Of a DNA stretch of 64,000 bases, positions 10,671-20,368 are shown piece after piece; the stretch's first letter is position 1, and every line of letters starts with the position of its first letter. The notes under the pieces were generated by a model. That model did not search any database, had not been told where the DNA came from, and saw only the letters and a list, made by a program, of their open reading frames with translations. A program made the translations under genes and the position numbers. Source of the stretch: Theionarchaea archaeon (GTDB lineage Archaea; Methanobacteriota_B; Thermococci; Methanofastidiosales; SZ-28-30); contig JACVGT010000011.1 of NCBI GenBank assembly GCA_018992685.1, forward strand, positions 160,001 to 224,000, in the 5' to 3' direction.

Positions 10671-10862
10671 CTAGCCAGGAATGGGGCCTGCACCACCCCC
10701 CGGACCACCAAGGGTGGCGCAGGGGCCTGCAGATGGAGGAAGGAATCCCAGAAGACGCAGAAATTCAGGAATTAGTGGCTCTTCGTCTGATTCTTGGATA
10801 GCACAGAAGGAACCCACCATAAGACAACCGACGATCAGGAAGAGGATTAACACCTTTTTCAT
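10671..10862 (-). CDS. Small secreted peptide with Gly/Pro-rich C-terminus
   Basis: 63 aa; MKK plus hydrophobic signal; AGGTGAG RBS; TATA-like ATTTTTAT upstream. Confidence 0.65.
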   Translation of the reverse strand: MKKVLILFLIVGCLMVGSFCAIQESDEEPLIPEFLRLLGFLPPSAGPCATLGGPGGGAGPIPG

Positions 10863-11316
10863 GTTCTCACCTTATAGTATCAGTATCAACCACCATAAAA
10901 ATGTTTTGGTGCAGGCTACACAAAGATCTGGATATTTTTCCTGCTTTTTTCCTCAGTTCAAATCAGACTCTCTTTTGATCACTCCGCCACCGATTTTCAG
11001 AACAACCTGCAGAGAATCAATAGTCTGGTCGTTGGACAGGAACTCGTTCTGGCATCTCTCTGCAATCCGGTGCTGCTTCAGGAATTCTCCTCCTGCACTA
11101 TACCACAGCTCTGCTGCTGTTTCACATCTCTTTTATTCCGAGGTTCTTGAGCTACTGTTCCCAGTCTCCTTGATTGTGAGTTCACAAAGTGGGTTAGTAC
11201 CGTCTTGTGCCACCTATCAATCCGGGGGAAAGCACTCTGATGCTCATGACAGGTCGAATCCAAAATTCCCGCCATGTATTTAAGGGTAGACATGACAGAA
11301 CACATGAGGTCAACCC

Positions 11317-12276
11317 ATGTCCCCAGGTACTTCCTTGAATCTTTTTGAAGAAGAGCTGTACGATGTGGTAATCGTTGGTGGCGGTCCTGCAGGGCTCAGC
11401 GCTGCTCTCTATGCAGCCCGGTTCAACTTGAAAACCATTGTACTGGACAAAAACCCTGCTTCAGGAGCTCTCGGGCATGCAGAGAAGATTGAGAACTACC
11501 CTGGGATTCCCCAGGAGATATCAGGTCAAGCTCTCCTATCCACGTTCAGGGAACAGGCAGAACATTTCGGAGCTTCTGTCGTGCAGACGACAGCCGTAGG
11601 AGTGAATTTTGATGGAGACATCAAAGAGGTGATGACAGCTGAAGGTTCATACAGGGGAAAGACTGTCATCATTGCGACAGGGGCTATGGGGAGGAAATCC
11701 ACCCTAAAAGGAGAGGCTGGCTTTACCGGGAGAGGAGTGAGCTACTGTGCAGCATGCGACGCTCCCTTCTTCAAGGGAAAGACGGTGGCTGTCGTGGGTG
11801 AACTCGAAGAGATCCTGGAGGAAATAGATCCTGTCACTGCGTTTGCTGATATCGTCTATATCATTCTGCGGAAAGAAGCCTCATCAGAACTTCTGGAAGC
11901 CATGGAAAATGTCCGCATTCTCCGTGAGACTTCCGTTACTGAGATTCTGGGAGATACAACGGTGACTCATCTTGCAATCACTGATAAGAGAGGTGAAAAG
12001 AAGATGCTGCCCGTTTCCGGCGTGTTCATATTCCTGCACGGGAGCAGCCCCATTGTGGATTTCCTGTACAACACAGTAGAGGTAACCCCTGAGGGATGTG
12101 TACAGGTCAACCGAGAGGACATGTCCACCTCAGTACGCGGTGTGTTTGCAGCTGGCGATGTTACCTGCAAGAGGTTCCGGCAGGTAGTCCTATCTGCTTC
12201 TGAGGGATGTGTAGCTGCCCTTTCTGCAGAAAAATACCTCAACCAGCGAAAAAGAGCGAGATCACAGTGGGGATGA
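11317..12276 (+). CDS. trxB: Thioredoxin reductase-like flavoprotein (atypical NADPH site)
   Basis: GGGPAG, IIATGA, GVSYCAACD, VFAAGD. Confidence 0.85.
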   Translation: MSPGTSLNLFEEELYDVVIVGGGPAGLSAALYAARFNLKTIVLDKNPASGALGHAEKIENYPGIPQEISGQALLSTFREQAEHFGASVVQTTAVGVNFDGDIKEVMTAEGSYRGKTVIIATGAMGRKSTLKGEAGFTGRGVSYCAACDAPFFKGKTVAVVGELEEILEEIDPVTAFADIVYIILRKEASSELLEAMENVRILRETSVTEILGDTTVTHLAITDKRGEKKMLPVSGVFIFLHGSSPIVDFLYNTVEVTPEGCVQVNREDMSTSVRGVFAAGDVTCKRFRQVVLSASEGCVAALSAEKYLNQRKRARSQWG

Positions 12277-12470
12277 TCCAGTGATTTTCGGATTCTTTCC
12301 TGAGGTAGATTTGTTCATCAGAAAATGGTATGATATTCATTTTTTCTGGAAATAAAGAATGGAGACGTGTCTGTCCAGTCTGAAGTCAGAAATTCCTTCC
12401 ATAATCTTTCCTTTTAATGTGAAGCGTAACCTTTTTATGGTGAAAATGCACTACTACATGGGGAAACCAT

Positions 12471-14639
12471 ATGAGGGAGTTTAAGTCGTTGAAGCCGGAA
12501 GGTCTCCCTTTTGAATATGATGCAGGTCTTCATGGGGAGGAGCCTCTGGTTACCGTGGAAGAACGAGAACGGAAAATCGTACTTTCGTATATATTTCCAG
12601 GGTTCTATCTTTCAGACGACTCTCGCACCGTGGAGGGAGTCGTGATTCCTTTCAAGCAGGTGACCATACCCCACACTCAGTTCCTGGCAGAGAGTGGTAA
12701 ACCCTTGCTACCGTCATTCGGACGGTACGTGCAGATTCCTGATGACTGTCGCTATAGTGTCACGGTAGAACCAGGAAACCCAGTCTATTTTGAACCTGTT
12801 CTGATTCTGCCTGCTCAGGAGCTGCTGGTAGATGGCAAGAAGATAAATCGATTCGAGTATGACAAAGACTTCTACAGAACTGACAGGCTGTATCCTGAGG
12901 ACATTGTGGAGGTGACGGGTCCCCTCACTATTGATGAGTATCGTGCTCTGCTCATTCATGTGAGACCTCTCCAGTACAACCCCGCACGGAAAAGGCTCGT
13001 AGGGTTCAGTTCTGTTACGGTTACCATCCATCTCAGCCCGTCTCCAGGCGAAGGAGAACCCACAGATACTGCAATAGACAGGAAAGCCTACGGAAACTTC
13101 TTTTTGAACCCAGTACGCGGAATTGGGACCAGAGTTGAGATACCTCCTGCTCGGGCAGGAGCCCCCTTGCCAGGCGGAGGTCCAGAATTCCTCATTATCT
13201 ACCATGATCGATTCAAGGAACCCGCAGGAAAGCTGGCCTACTGGAAAACTATGCGGGGGCTTTCTACAGAGGTGGTCCCCCTTGATCAGGTTGGAACCAC
13301 GGTGAAGGCGATAAAAGAATATATTCGAAAGAGAAGACGAGCCGCAGGAAGTCGTCTTCAGTATGTTTTATTGTTCGGGGACGTTGAAGTCATCCCCTCA
13401 GAGAAGATTACAGGGAGCCCTTCAGGTCACAATATCACTGATTACTACTATTCTACAAAAGAGGATCCCACTCGCAACGACCAGTATGTGCTACCATGGC
13501 TTTCAGTGGGGCGGATTCCTCTCCAGACTGAAGAACAAGGATTGGGTGTGGTTGACAGGATCATATCATATGAGAGAGATCCACCCAAGAACCTTCACTA
13601 CTACAGGAAGATGGTATTTGCGGCCTACTTCCAGGACAAGGGTAGACGGGATGGCAGAGAAGACAGAGCCTACGTGAGAACCATGGAGACCATAGCTGCC
13701 CACATGACAGGGTTGGGATTTGAGGTGGAACGGGTGTATGTCACCAGCAACCCTGACGTGCGAGAATATGTGGACGGCAGTCTGGTACCTGAGACGGTGA
13801 GAACGCACCTTTTCAGTGAGGAAGAAGCCACTCAAAAGCTCATAGAAGCCGTCTCTGAAGGATGTTTGCTGGTCGGGCACAGAGACCACGGATCCTCCAC
13901 AGGATGGGTTCACCCCGCGTTCAAGACGCCCCACCTCGAATCCATCATCAGTGACACGCCGTCTGTCTTTTACAGCATCAACTGTTTGACAGGACGGTTT
14001 GATCTCCGGAGACCAAGGGAGTGTTTTGCTGAAAAGCTGCTTTCCATGGAAGGAGGTGCCCCTTCCCTTATTGCAGCCACAAGACCTTCCCACACCTGGC
14101 TGAATGACGATTTGATGAAAGCACTTTTTGATGCCATCTGGTCCGGGATTATCCCCACATTTCCAGGGTTTACAGCAAGTTATACCGTGAGGAACAACAG
14201 AATAGGAGATATCCTCAACTACGCCAGGACCTATCTGCCCCTGACATTGAGCGGAGGCCTGCGCCACGTCAAGGATCACCTGGAAATCTACCACGTCATT
14301 GGAGACCCTTCTCTTGAGATCTGGAAAGAGTGTCCCAGGGCCAATGCCATTGAGACTGAGTACCGACAGGGATACCTGAGAATTACCATGGATTGCTGTC
14401 CGGTGGGCACCGTCCTCACCCTCTGGTGTGGCAGTGATCTCGTTAAGAGATTGACACCCACTTCTACCTACGTAACCATATCTTTGAGAAATACAGCAGT
14501 CTACTCCCGTGCCAGAGAACCCATTGTCGTCTGTTTCTGGGCACCAGGGTATCGATTCCAGAGGATACAGGTTTCCACCCAGAACTCTGGCGCATCATCT
14601 CCATCGAGAGAAAAACGCCTATCTAATGACGGTTCCTGA
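12471..14639 (+). CDS. Peptidase C25 (gingipain-like) with propeptide
   Basis: YVLLFGD, TDYYY, VGRIP, catalytic HG (RDHGS) and Cys (INCLTG), IGDPSL. Confidence 0.85.
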   Translation: MREFKSLKPEGLPFEYDAGLHGEEPLVTVEERERKIVLSYIFPGFYLSDDSRTVEGVVIPFKQVTIPHTQFLAESGKPLLPSFGRYVQIPDDCRYSVTVEPGNPVYFEPVLILPAQELLVDGKKINRFEYDKDFYRTDRLYPEDIVEVTGPLTIDEYRALLIHVRPLQYNPARKRLVGFSSVTVTIHLSPSPGEGEPTDTAIDRKAYGNFFLNPVRGIGTRVEIPPARAGAPLPGGGPEFLIIYHDRFKEPAGKLAYWKTMRGLSTEVVPLDQVGTTVKAIKEYIRKRRRAAGSRLQYVLLFGDVEVIPSEKITGSPSGHNITDYYYSTKEDPTRNDQYVLPWLSVGRIPLQTEEQGLGVVDRIISYERDPPKNLHYYRKMVFAAYFQDKGRRDGREDRAYVRTMETIAAHMTGLGFEVERVYVTSNPDVREYVDGSLVPETVRTHLFSEEEATQKLIEAVSEGCLLVGHRDHGSSTGWVHPAFKTPHLESIISDTPSVFYSINCLTGRFDLRRPRECFAEKLLSMEGGAPSLIAATRPSHTWLNDDLMKALFDAIWSGIIPTFPGFTASYTVRNNRIGDILNYARTYLPLTLSGGLRHVKDHLEIYHVIGDPSLEIWKECPRANAIETEYRQGYLRITMDCCPVGTVLTLWCGSDLVKRLTPTSTYVTISLRNTAVYSRAREPIVVCFWAPGYRFQRIQVSTQNSGASSPSREKRLSNDGS

Positions 14640-15272
14640 ATGATTTCCCGCAAGAACCTTTTCCAAATCTTTCATGTCTTCTACGCCGATTACTACAGTC
14701 TGAAGGCCATTATGGGAGATGACAGTTGCAGCTACAGGATCAATGACAGAAGAAATTCCCGCTTCAAACTCCTTTTTGGAAAAGGATTTCAGCTGATTAA
14801 AGCTCATCTTTGAAATCTTTCTTGCAGCTGGGTCTCTTGCAGGATCAGCAGTAAAGATGCCCCCTACATTGGTCACCTTCACCAGGATATCTGCATTGAC
14901 AACTTCTGCCAGCAACGCTGCCACCGTATCAGTAGTCTGGCCAGGAGTAGTCCCACCCAAGATGGGCAACCCTCGTGCGTGGATGGCTTCATGGATGTCT
15001 CGTACCAGTTCCGCTCCTGCGATGCAGGTGACAAGCAGCAATGCATTCAGCTGTGAGGAGAGTATTCCCAGGGTATCAAGGGTTTCTTCTGTGGCATTGT
15101 GATCTCTGGCTGCGGAAATGTACCTCCGGGCAGTCCTGCCTCCACCTACTACCAGGAACAGGGCATGAGTTGCTCTGATTTTTTCAACCTGCGCTACCAA
15201 GGTTGCCAGGACTTCTTTGTCAATTTCTGAAGGTACCAGGACAGAGCCGCCAATACGGAGCACCACTTTCAT
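14619..15272 (-). CDS. pyrH: UMP kinase
   Basis: MKVVLRIGGSV, VVGGG, PGQTTD, TNVGGIFTADP. Confidence 0.92.
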   Translation of the reverse strand: MKVVLRIGGSVLVPSEIDKEVLATLVAQVEKIRATHALFLVVGGGRTARRYISAARDHNATEETLDTLGILSSQLNALLLVTCIAGAELVRDIHEAIHARGLPILGGTTPGQTTDTVAALLAEVVNADILVKVTNVGGIFTADPARDPAARKISKMSFNQLKSFSKKEFEAGISSVIDPVAATVISHNGLQTVVIGVEDMKDLEKVLAGNHSGTVIR

Positions 15273-15323
15273 ACTCCTGTGTTTCCACAAAAACTATATA
15301 AACATAAGCCTTACCCTTAAATC

Positions 15324-16580
15324 ATGAAGAAAAAGACGGAACAGTATAAATTCAAAAAAATGCTCGATCATCTTTCATCTTTTAAAGGGAGACACACTGA
15401 GCTTGTCTCTTTGTATATACCCGCAGGGTATGAAATCCCCAAAGTAGCCCAGCAGATAAGGGATGAACAGGGGACCGCAGTCAATATTAAATCTACCACC
15501 ACCCGGAAGAACGTGTTGGGAGCACTAGAAAGGGTATCACAGCATCTCACCCTGTTCAAGGAGCCTCCTCCCAATGGCCTGGTGATCTTCTGTGGTAATG
15601 TCTCAGAGAGAGAAGGTGTTTCTGATATCCAGTTGTTTTCGTTTGAGCCCTTAAAGCCGTTGAGTACCCGAATTTACCGATGTGATCAGGAATTCGTGCT
15701 GGAGCCTTTATATGATATGCTGGAGGCAAAAGAGGTCTATGGGTTATTGATTGTAGAGAGAAATGAAGCCACTGTGGGGATACTGAAGGGGAAGAGTATC
15801 AGTATGGCGGATTACATGACCTCAGGAGTCCCGGGGAAGACCCGGGCAGGAGGACAGTCAGCTCATCGGTTCGAGAGGCTGAGAGATGCTGCAGACCATG
15901 AATTCAGGAAGAGGATCGCAGAACATGCCAACCGCATTTTCCTGGATGAAAAGAACCTGTCGGGAATTCTGGTAGGAGGTCCCGGACACACCAAGAACAA
16001 GTTTTTTGAGGGAGGGTTCCTGCATCACGAGTTGCAGAAAAAGGTTATTGGCATTGTGGATACCAGCTACAATGGGGAGTATGGGTTGAGGGAACTGGTG
16101 GACCGCGGAGAAGACATCCTGCAGAATCTGGAAATGACCCACGAACGGGACCTGGTGCAGCAATTTTTGAGGCAGCTGGTTAATGATGAGCCGGTGACGT
16201 ACGGAGAGAAGGAGGTGCGCTACGCCCTGCAGATAGGTGCTGTGGAGACAGTGTTGTTGTCAGAGGATGTGGACTTATACCGGGTTAGGATAGCATGCGA
16301 GGTCTGCAACCACACAGAAGAGATGACCCTCTCGGGCGAGAAACTGAGGAAGTTCAGAGAAGGAATTGCAGATTCGAATTGCCCTCAATGCGGTAATGTG
16401 AAGCTAGTCATCAAAGAGGAAAAGGAGCTGGTGGAAGACTTCACTGAATTGGCAGAGGCAACAGGAGCTGAAGTGGAATTGATTTCCACCGAGACTGAGG
16501 AAGGTTCGCAATTGTTCAAGGCATTTGGCGGGATAGCTGCTTTGTTGCGATTCAGGGTGGAACAGACTGTGTTGCCGTAG
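15324..16580 (+). CDS. prf1: Peptide chain release factor aRF1
   Basis: NIKS, YxCxxxF and GGQ motifs; zinc-ribbon insert; FGGIAALLRF. Confidence 0.97.
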   Translation: MKKKTEQYKFKKMLDHLSSFKGRHTELVSLYIPAGYEIPKVAQQIRDEQGTAVNIKSTTTRKNVLGALERVSQHLTLFKEPPPNGLVIFCGNVSEREGVSDIQLFSFEPLKPLSTRIYRCDQEFVLEPLYDMLEAKEVYGLLIVERNEATVGILKGKSISMADYMTSGVPGKTRAGGQSAHRFERLRDAADHEFRKRIAEHANRIFLDEKNLSGILVGGPGHTKNKFFEGGFLHHELQKKVIGIVDTSYNGEYGLRELVDRGEDILQNLEMTHERDLVQQFLRQLVNDEPVTYGEKEVRYALQIGAVETVLLSEDVDLYRVRIACEVCNHTEEMTLSGEKLRKFREGIADSNCPQCGNVKLVIKEEKELVEDFTELAEATGAEVELISTETEEGSQLFKAFGGIAALLRFRVEQTVLP

Positions 16581-17877
16581 AGTTGATTGTCGATCCGACA
16601 ACCTTGATTTCTGTCTCTTTCTTGACTGATCCGTGTTTTCCTTGAGCATTTGCCGTGATTGTGTACTCCCCTGCAGCTTTATATGTATGTTCAGTAGGGA
16701 AGAAGTCGGGGTGGGACGTTTCTCCAGTGCTGCCGTCTCCCCAATCCCAAGTAACGGTATCGGCATTAATCACATTGCCATTAATCGTTACAACCTTGCC
16801 GCAGACTTGGGGGCAAGGAGGACCAACTATTCTTATCCGAGGTAGTGCCTCTTTTGAATAGACGTCATAGCGGACCAATGTCGAGGTGGACAGCAAATAT
16901 GCGTCATCAAGTGCTCGTAATATTGACCAGAGATCCTTCTGTTTGACAATTATCTGTCTAGTTCTGTTGAATTCCAAATCCAGAACATACTGGTTACAAA
17001 CATCATCCAGCGTATCTGGGGTAATCAGTGCCAGAGTTTTACTTTCCAGAATGCTGTAAAGTTTCCTGACCTTCTTTGGATCATTTTTCGACAATTCCAC
17101 CAGCAAATTGGTGTTGTCCACAAGATTTAGTTGTTCCAGGGTAGGTTTCTTTGATTCAACCTTCTCCATGAACACTTCCATGAAACTGAAGATTATCTCG
17201 AACTGGTCTCTGTTGAAAATGTAGATTCTCTTATTCCTTGTATCATAGATGCAGTCAACTTCCTTGTCTACAGTGAGGGCAGGCTCATCAAGTCTATTGA
17301 AGACTCCGTCTCTCACAAAGAGCGGAATCAATCCTGCATTCTCTAGTATCCTGCCTGGTGTGAATTTCCTGAATAGTACGAGTCCGGCGTCTCTTATATG
17401 TACAGCCATTGCCCAGGGAACTCCATTATCTTTGATATTATAACTGTCCAAACCAAGTGACTGCATGTCCTTGTATATCTTGGGAAAGTGATCAACCTTA
17501 CTTGCTTCAATTTGCTCGATTACAGACTGGTCGGCGACAATACCGGGACTATATTTGCGTAAACACAGTCCATCTATCTTTAGCAGACCATCCATTTTGT
17601 TTTCGCCTATTCCCTCTAATACTAAGCCAACATCCCAAGTAATATCTGTTTGAAGAACTTCGTACGTGATTTCATAGTCTCCGCTTGCTGGATTATTGTT
17701 TCCTTTCTTACCTCCTAGGTTCTGATCTTTCAATCTCCTGTTTTCTTCTTTCCGCTTTCGCTTATGTCTATTAATAAAGAATAGCTCAACACTACTTGGT
17801 GAAGCTCCTACGAGCCTGCCCTTCATACTTCCCAGTAACACGTTGGCATCTACTACATTGTTGGTATCTTCCTCCAT
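16552..17877 (-). CDS. kwaB: KwaB-like (DUF4868) Kiwa defence protein with C-terminal PKD domain
   Basis: LFRKFTPGRIL...DKEVDCI...IFNRDQFEIIFSF...LDDAYLLSTST pattern; directly downstream of kwaA-like gene; C-term TWDWGDG...HTYKAAGEYTIT is PKD. Confidence 0.75.
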   Translation of the reverse strand: MEEDTNNVVDANVLLGSMKGRLVGASPSSVELFFINRHKRKRKEENRRLKDQNLGGKKGNNNPASGDYEITYEVLQTDITWDVGLVLEGIGENKMDGLLKIDGLCLRKYSPGIVADQSVIEQIEASKVDHFPKIYKDMQSLGLDSYNIKDNGVPWAMAVHIRDAGLVLFRKFTPGRILENAGLIPLFVRDGVFNRLDEPALTVDKEVDCIYDTRNKRIYIFNRDQFEIIFSFMEVFMEKVESKKPTLEQLNLVDNTNLLVELSKNDPKKVRKLYSILESKTLALITPDTLDDVCNQYVLDLEFNRTRQIIVKQKDLWSILRALDDAYLLSTSTLVRYDVYSKEALPRIRIVGPPCPQVCGKVVTINGNVINADTVTWDWGDGSTGETSHPDFFPTEHTYKAAGEYTITANAQGKHGSVKKETEIKVVGSTINSTATQSVPP

Positions 17878-18431
17878 TACCTCACCTCCTCATCGTAGGT
17901 GTTATCTGATTCTGTGTCCTTTTTTCCTATATCAAGATATATATTATCTGACATTCTTGTGGCGTGAATCAGCTTTCCTCTTGCCAGCTTGAATTTTCTA
18001 GTTATAAGCACGATATTTCCACCCTTGACAGCTTCTACATCGTGGATCTTGAATCCAAAAACATTCAACAGCGGATTTATGAATATGAGATTCGAGTGGA
18101 TGTAGACGAAGAAAATCACAATCAGCAGTATCACAATGGAGGCAACATCCTGCCATTGAGTGAATTCGAACCCCAGAAAAACAATAATATATGCTATTAT
18201 GTAGTCCAATGCGTCACTGGTTCTGTTTTTCGATTTTTTGACATTGAATCTCCTAGGATTCCATTTCCTTGCAATCATAAAGACTGGGATCCAGATTGAA
18301 TTCACAAGTAACAATACAAGAATGGAAATCCAGAAGTTCCTTGATCCCACTTCAAAGTACTTGATAATGAAAATCAACAAGAGAGGTGAGTATGCACTGA
18401 CAAACAAGAGACTTCGAACCCAGCCCCTCAT
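17877..18431 (-). CDS. kwaA: KwaA-like Kiwa transmembrane protein
   Basis: LLFVSAYSPL; YIIAYII; YIHSNLIFINPLLNVFGFKIHDV; about four TM; TAATG coupling to the next gene. Confidence 0.75.
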   Translation of the reverse strand: MRGWVRSLLFVSAYSPLLLIFIIKYFEVGSRNFWISILVLLLVNSIWIPVFMIARKWNPRRFNVKKSKNRTSDALDYIIAYIIVFLGFEFTQWQDVASIVILLIVIFFVYIHSNLIFINPLLNVFGFKIHDVEAVKGGNIVLITRKFKLARGKLIHATRMSDNIYLDIGKKDTESDNTYDEEVR

Positions 18432-18664
18432 CTTCCCACCCCTGACAGAGCTCTGTAACCCTTCTCAAGTGATGACTGCCCTTTCCCCTGGCAGCATACT
18501 TCAGCACGTTTTGAGATGCGTGGAATCACCACAACCACCGCAGGTTCTTACGTGGTAGAAGTATTTACCCTTTTGGTATGTACTATTTTGTGTAAACCCA
18601 GGATTTACCTTTGGGTTTCCAAGGCATCAAAAAGCTTAAGTAGTCTCTCTTTTCTTCTGCACCA

Positions 18665-20368
18665 ATGTTTGAAATCAGGGCAAAAGATGGACTGGGAAGA
18701 ATTGGCCGCCTTGAAATACATGGAAAAGTAGTAGAAACTCCAGCACTCATGCCTGTAATCAACCCGAAAAAGGCTGAAATCACCCCCCGTGAAATACAGG
18801 AGAGGTTCAAGGCCCAGATGATTATTACCAATGCATATATTATCTATGAATCCTCCTTGCGGGAAGAAGCTGCATCCAGAGGGGTTCATACATTGCTGGA
18901 TTTTGACGGGGTTATTGCCACGGATTCAGGAAGCTTCCAGCTCATGAACTATGGGAATATTACCGTCACCAACCAAGAGATTATCGAATTCCAGCAGGCC
19001 ATCAAGTCTGATATATCAACCTTCCTGGATATCCCTACAACTCCTACCTGCACTTACGAAAGGGCTCTCACCGATCTGGAGGCTACCCTGGAGCGAGCTC
19101 GGGAAGCACAGAACCTCAAGAAAGGGTTCATGAATGGTACAGTCCAGGGAGGGAGGTTCCTTGATCTGCGGGAGAGGGCCTGTAAAGAACTGGCCACCAT
19201 GGACTTTGAGATCCATCCCCTGGGAGCTGTGGTCCCTTTCCTGTTGAAATACTCATTTACGCCCTTGATAGACATTATTCTCACCTGTAAGAAACATCTA
19301 CCAGTTGAGAGGCCTGTCCACTTGTTTGGAGCTGGCCATCCGCTGTTGTTGCCACTGGCGGTTTTGTGTGGATGTGATCTCTTTGATTCAGCAGCCTACA
19401 TTCTCTATGCCAAAGGAACCAGGTACCTGACACCATCAGGCACCAAGAATCTGGAAGACCTTGTCTATTTCCCTTGTGAGTGTCCCGAATGCTCAAGGAC
19501 CGATCCAGAAACAGTCTCCAGACTTTCCTCCCAGGAGAAAATTGCCTTTCTCACCAGACACAACCTGTATTCCACGTTTGGGGAACTCAAGAGGATAAAA
19601 CAGGCCATTCATGAAGGTTCGTTGTGGGAACTCGTAGAATCAAGAATCAGGTCACACCCCAATTTGCTGGAGTCATACCGTGTCATCAAGAAATACTCTG
19701 ACTTTATTGAAACTTATGAGCCGTTCACTAAGCGGAGTGGTTTTTCCTATACGGGGGCAGAAACCCAGTTCAGACCGGTGACAGCCCGGGCCAGATCCAG
19801 GATAGCCCGTATAAGAGGCGAAACCTTTGAACATCCCGTGTTTGGTCAGGTTCCCGTTTCCCTGAGCCAGACCTACCCTTTTCATACTGACGAGGTAGTC
19901 AGTCTGACAGAAAAGGACATGATCAGAGACATTGCAGTATACCAGTTTGGTGTGGAGGCTGCCCCCCTGTTTGAAAAAGCGAAAATCTCCTATGGAAGAA
20001 CGGGAAAAGTACGCCATCTGCACGAAGACGGCTCCCTCCTGGCCACCCTGCGTCCCATGGATGGGCTGTTCGTTTTGACTTTTGAGGGGGCACAGAAGCT
20101 GCATTCCCTGGTCCCACCTCCCCAAAGACGAGTTGTAGCAGATGAAGAAGCCATCCCCTTTGTGAAGGATGGTAAAGACTTGTTTTCTCGATTTGTTGTC
20201 TCCATGGATGAAACCCTGCGCGCGTACGAAGAAGTGCTCATAACTGATAGGGCAGACATCCTTCTTGGAGTGGGACGGCTGACGATGTCTCCACCAGAGG
20301 TTCAGGCTTTTAAGAGAGGAGTTGCAGTGTACTGCAGGAGAGGTGCTGATGCCATACGTGATCCTTGA
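18665..20368 (+). CDS. tgtA: Archaeosine tRNA-guanine(15) transglycosylase
   Basis: TDSGSFQ, TFLDIP, VQGG, HLFGAG, DLFDSA, zinc site CECPEC, C-terminal PUA. Confidence 0.96.
   Translation: MFEIRAKDGLGRIGRLEIHGKVVETPALMPVINPKKAEITPREIQERFKAQMIITNAYIIYESSLREEAASRGVHTLLDFDGVIATDSGSFQLMNYGNITVTNQEIIEFQQAIKSDISTFLDIPTTPTCTYERALTDLEATLERAREAQNLKKGFMNGTVQGGRFLDLRERACKELATMDFEIHPLGAVVPFLLKYSFTPLIDIILTCKKHLPVERPVHLFGAGHPLLLPLAVLCGCDLFDSAAYILYAKGTRYLTPSGTKNLEDLVYFPCECPECSRTDPETVSRLSSQEKIAFLTRHNLYSTFGELKRIKQAIHEGSLWELVESRIRSHPNLLESYRVIKKYSDFIETYEPFTKRSGFSYTGAETQFRPVTARARSRIARIRGETFEHPVFGQVPVSLSQTYPFHTDEVVSLTEKDMIRDIAVYQFGVEAAPLFEKAKISYGRTGKVRHLHEDGSLLATLRPMDGLFVLTFEGAQKLHSLVPPPQRRVVADEEAIPFVKDGKDLFSRFVVSMDETLRAYEEVLITDRADILLGVGRLTMSPPEVQAFKRGVAVYCRRGADAIRDP

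Noticed and set aside
10681-11305. 200-aa (+) and 75-aa (-) ORFs between the peptide gene and trxB
   Set aside because: Antisense or low-information translations with no recognisable motifs
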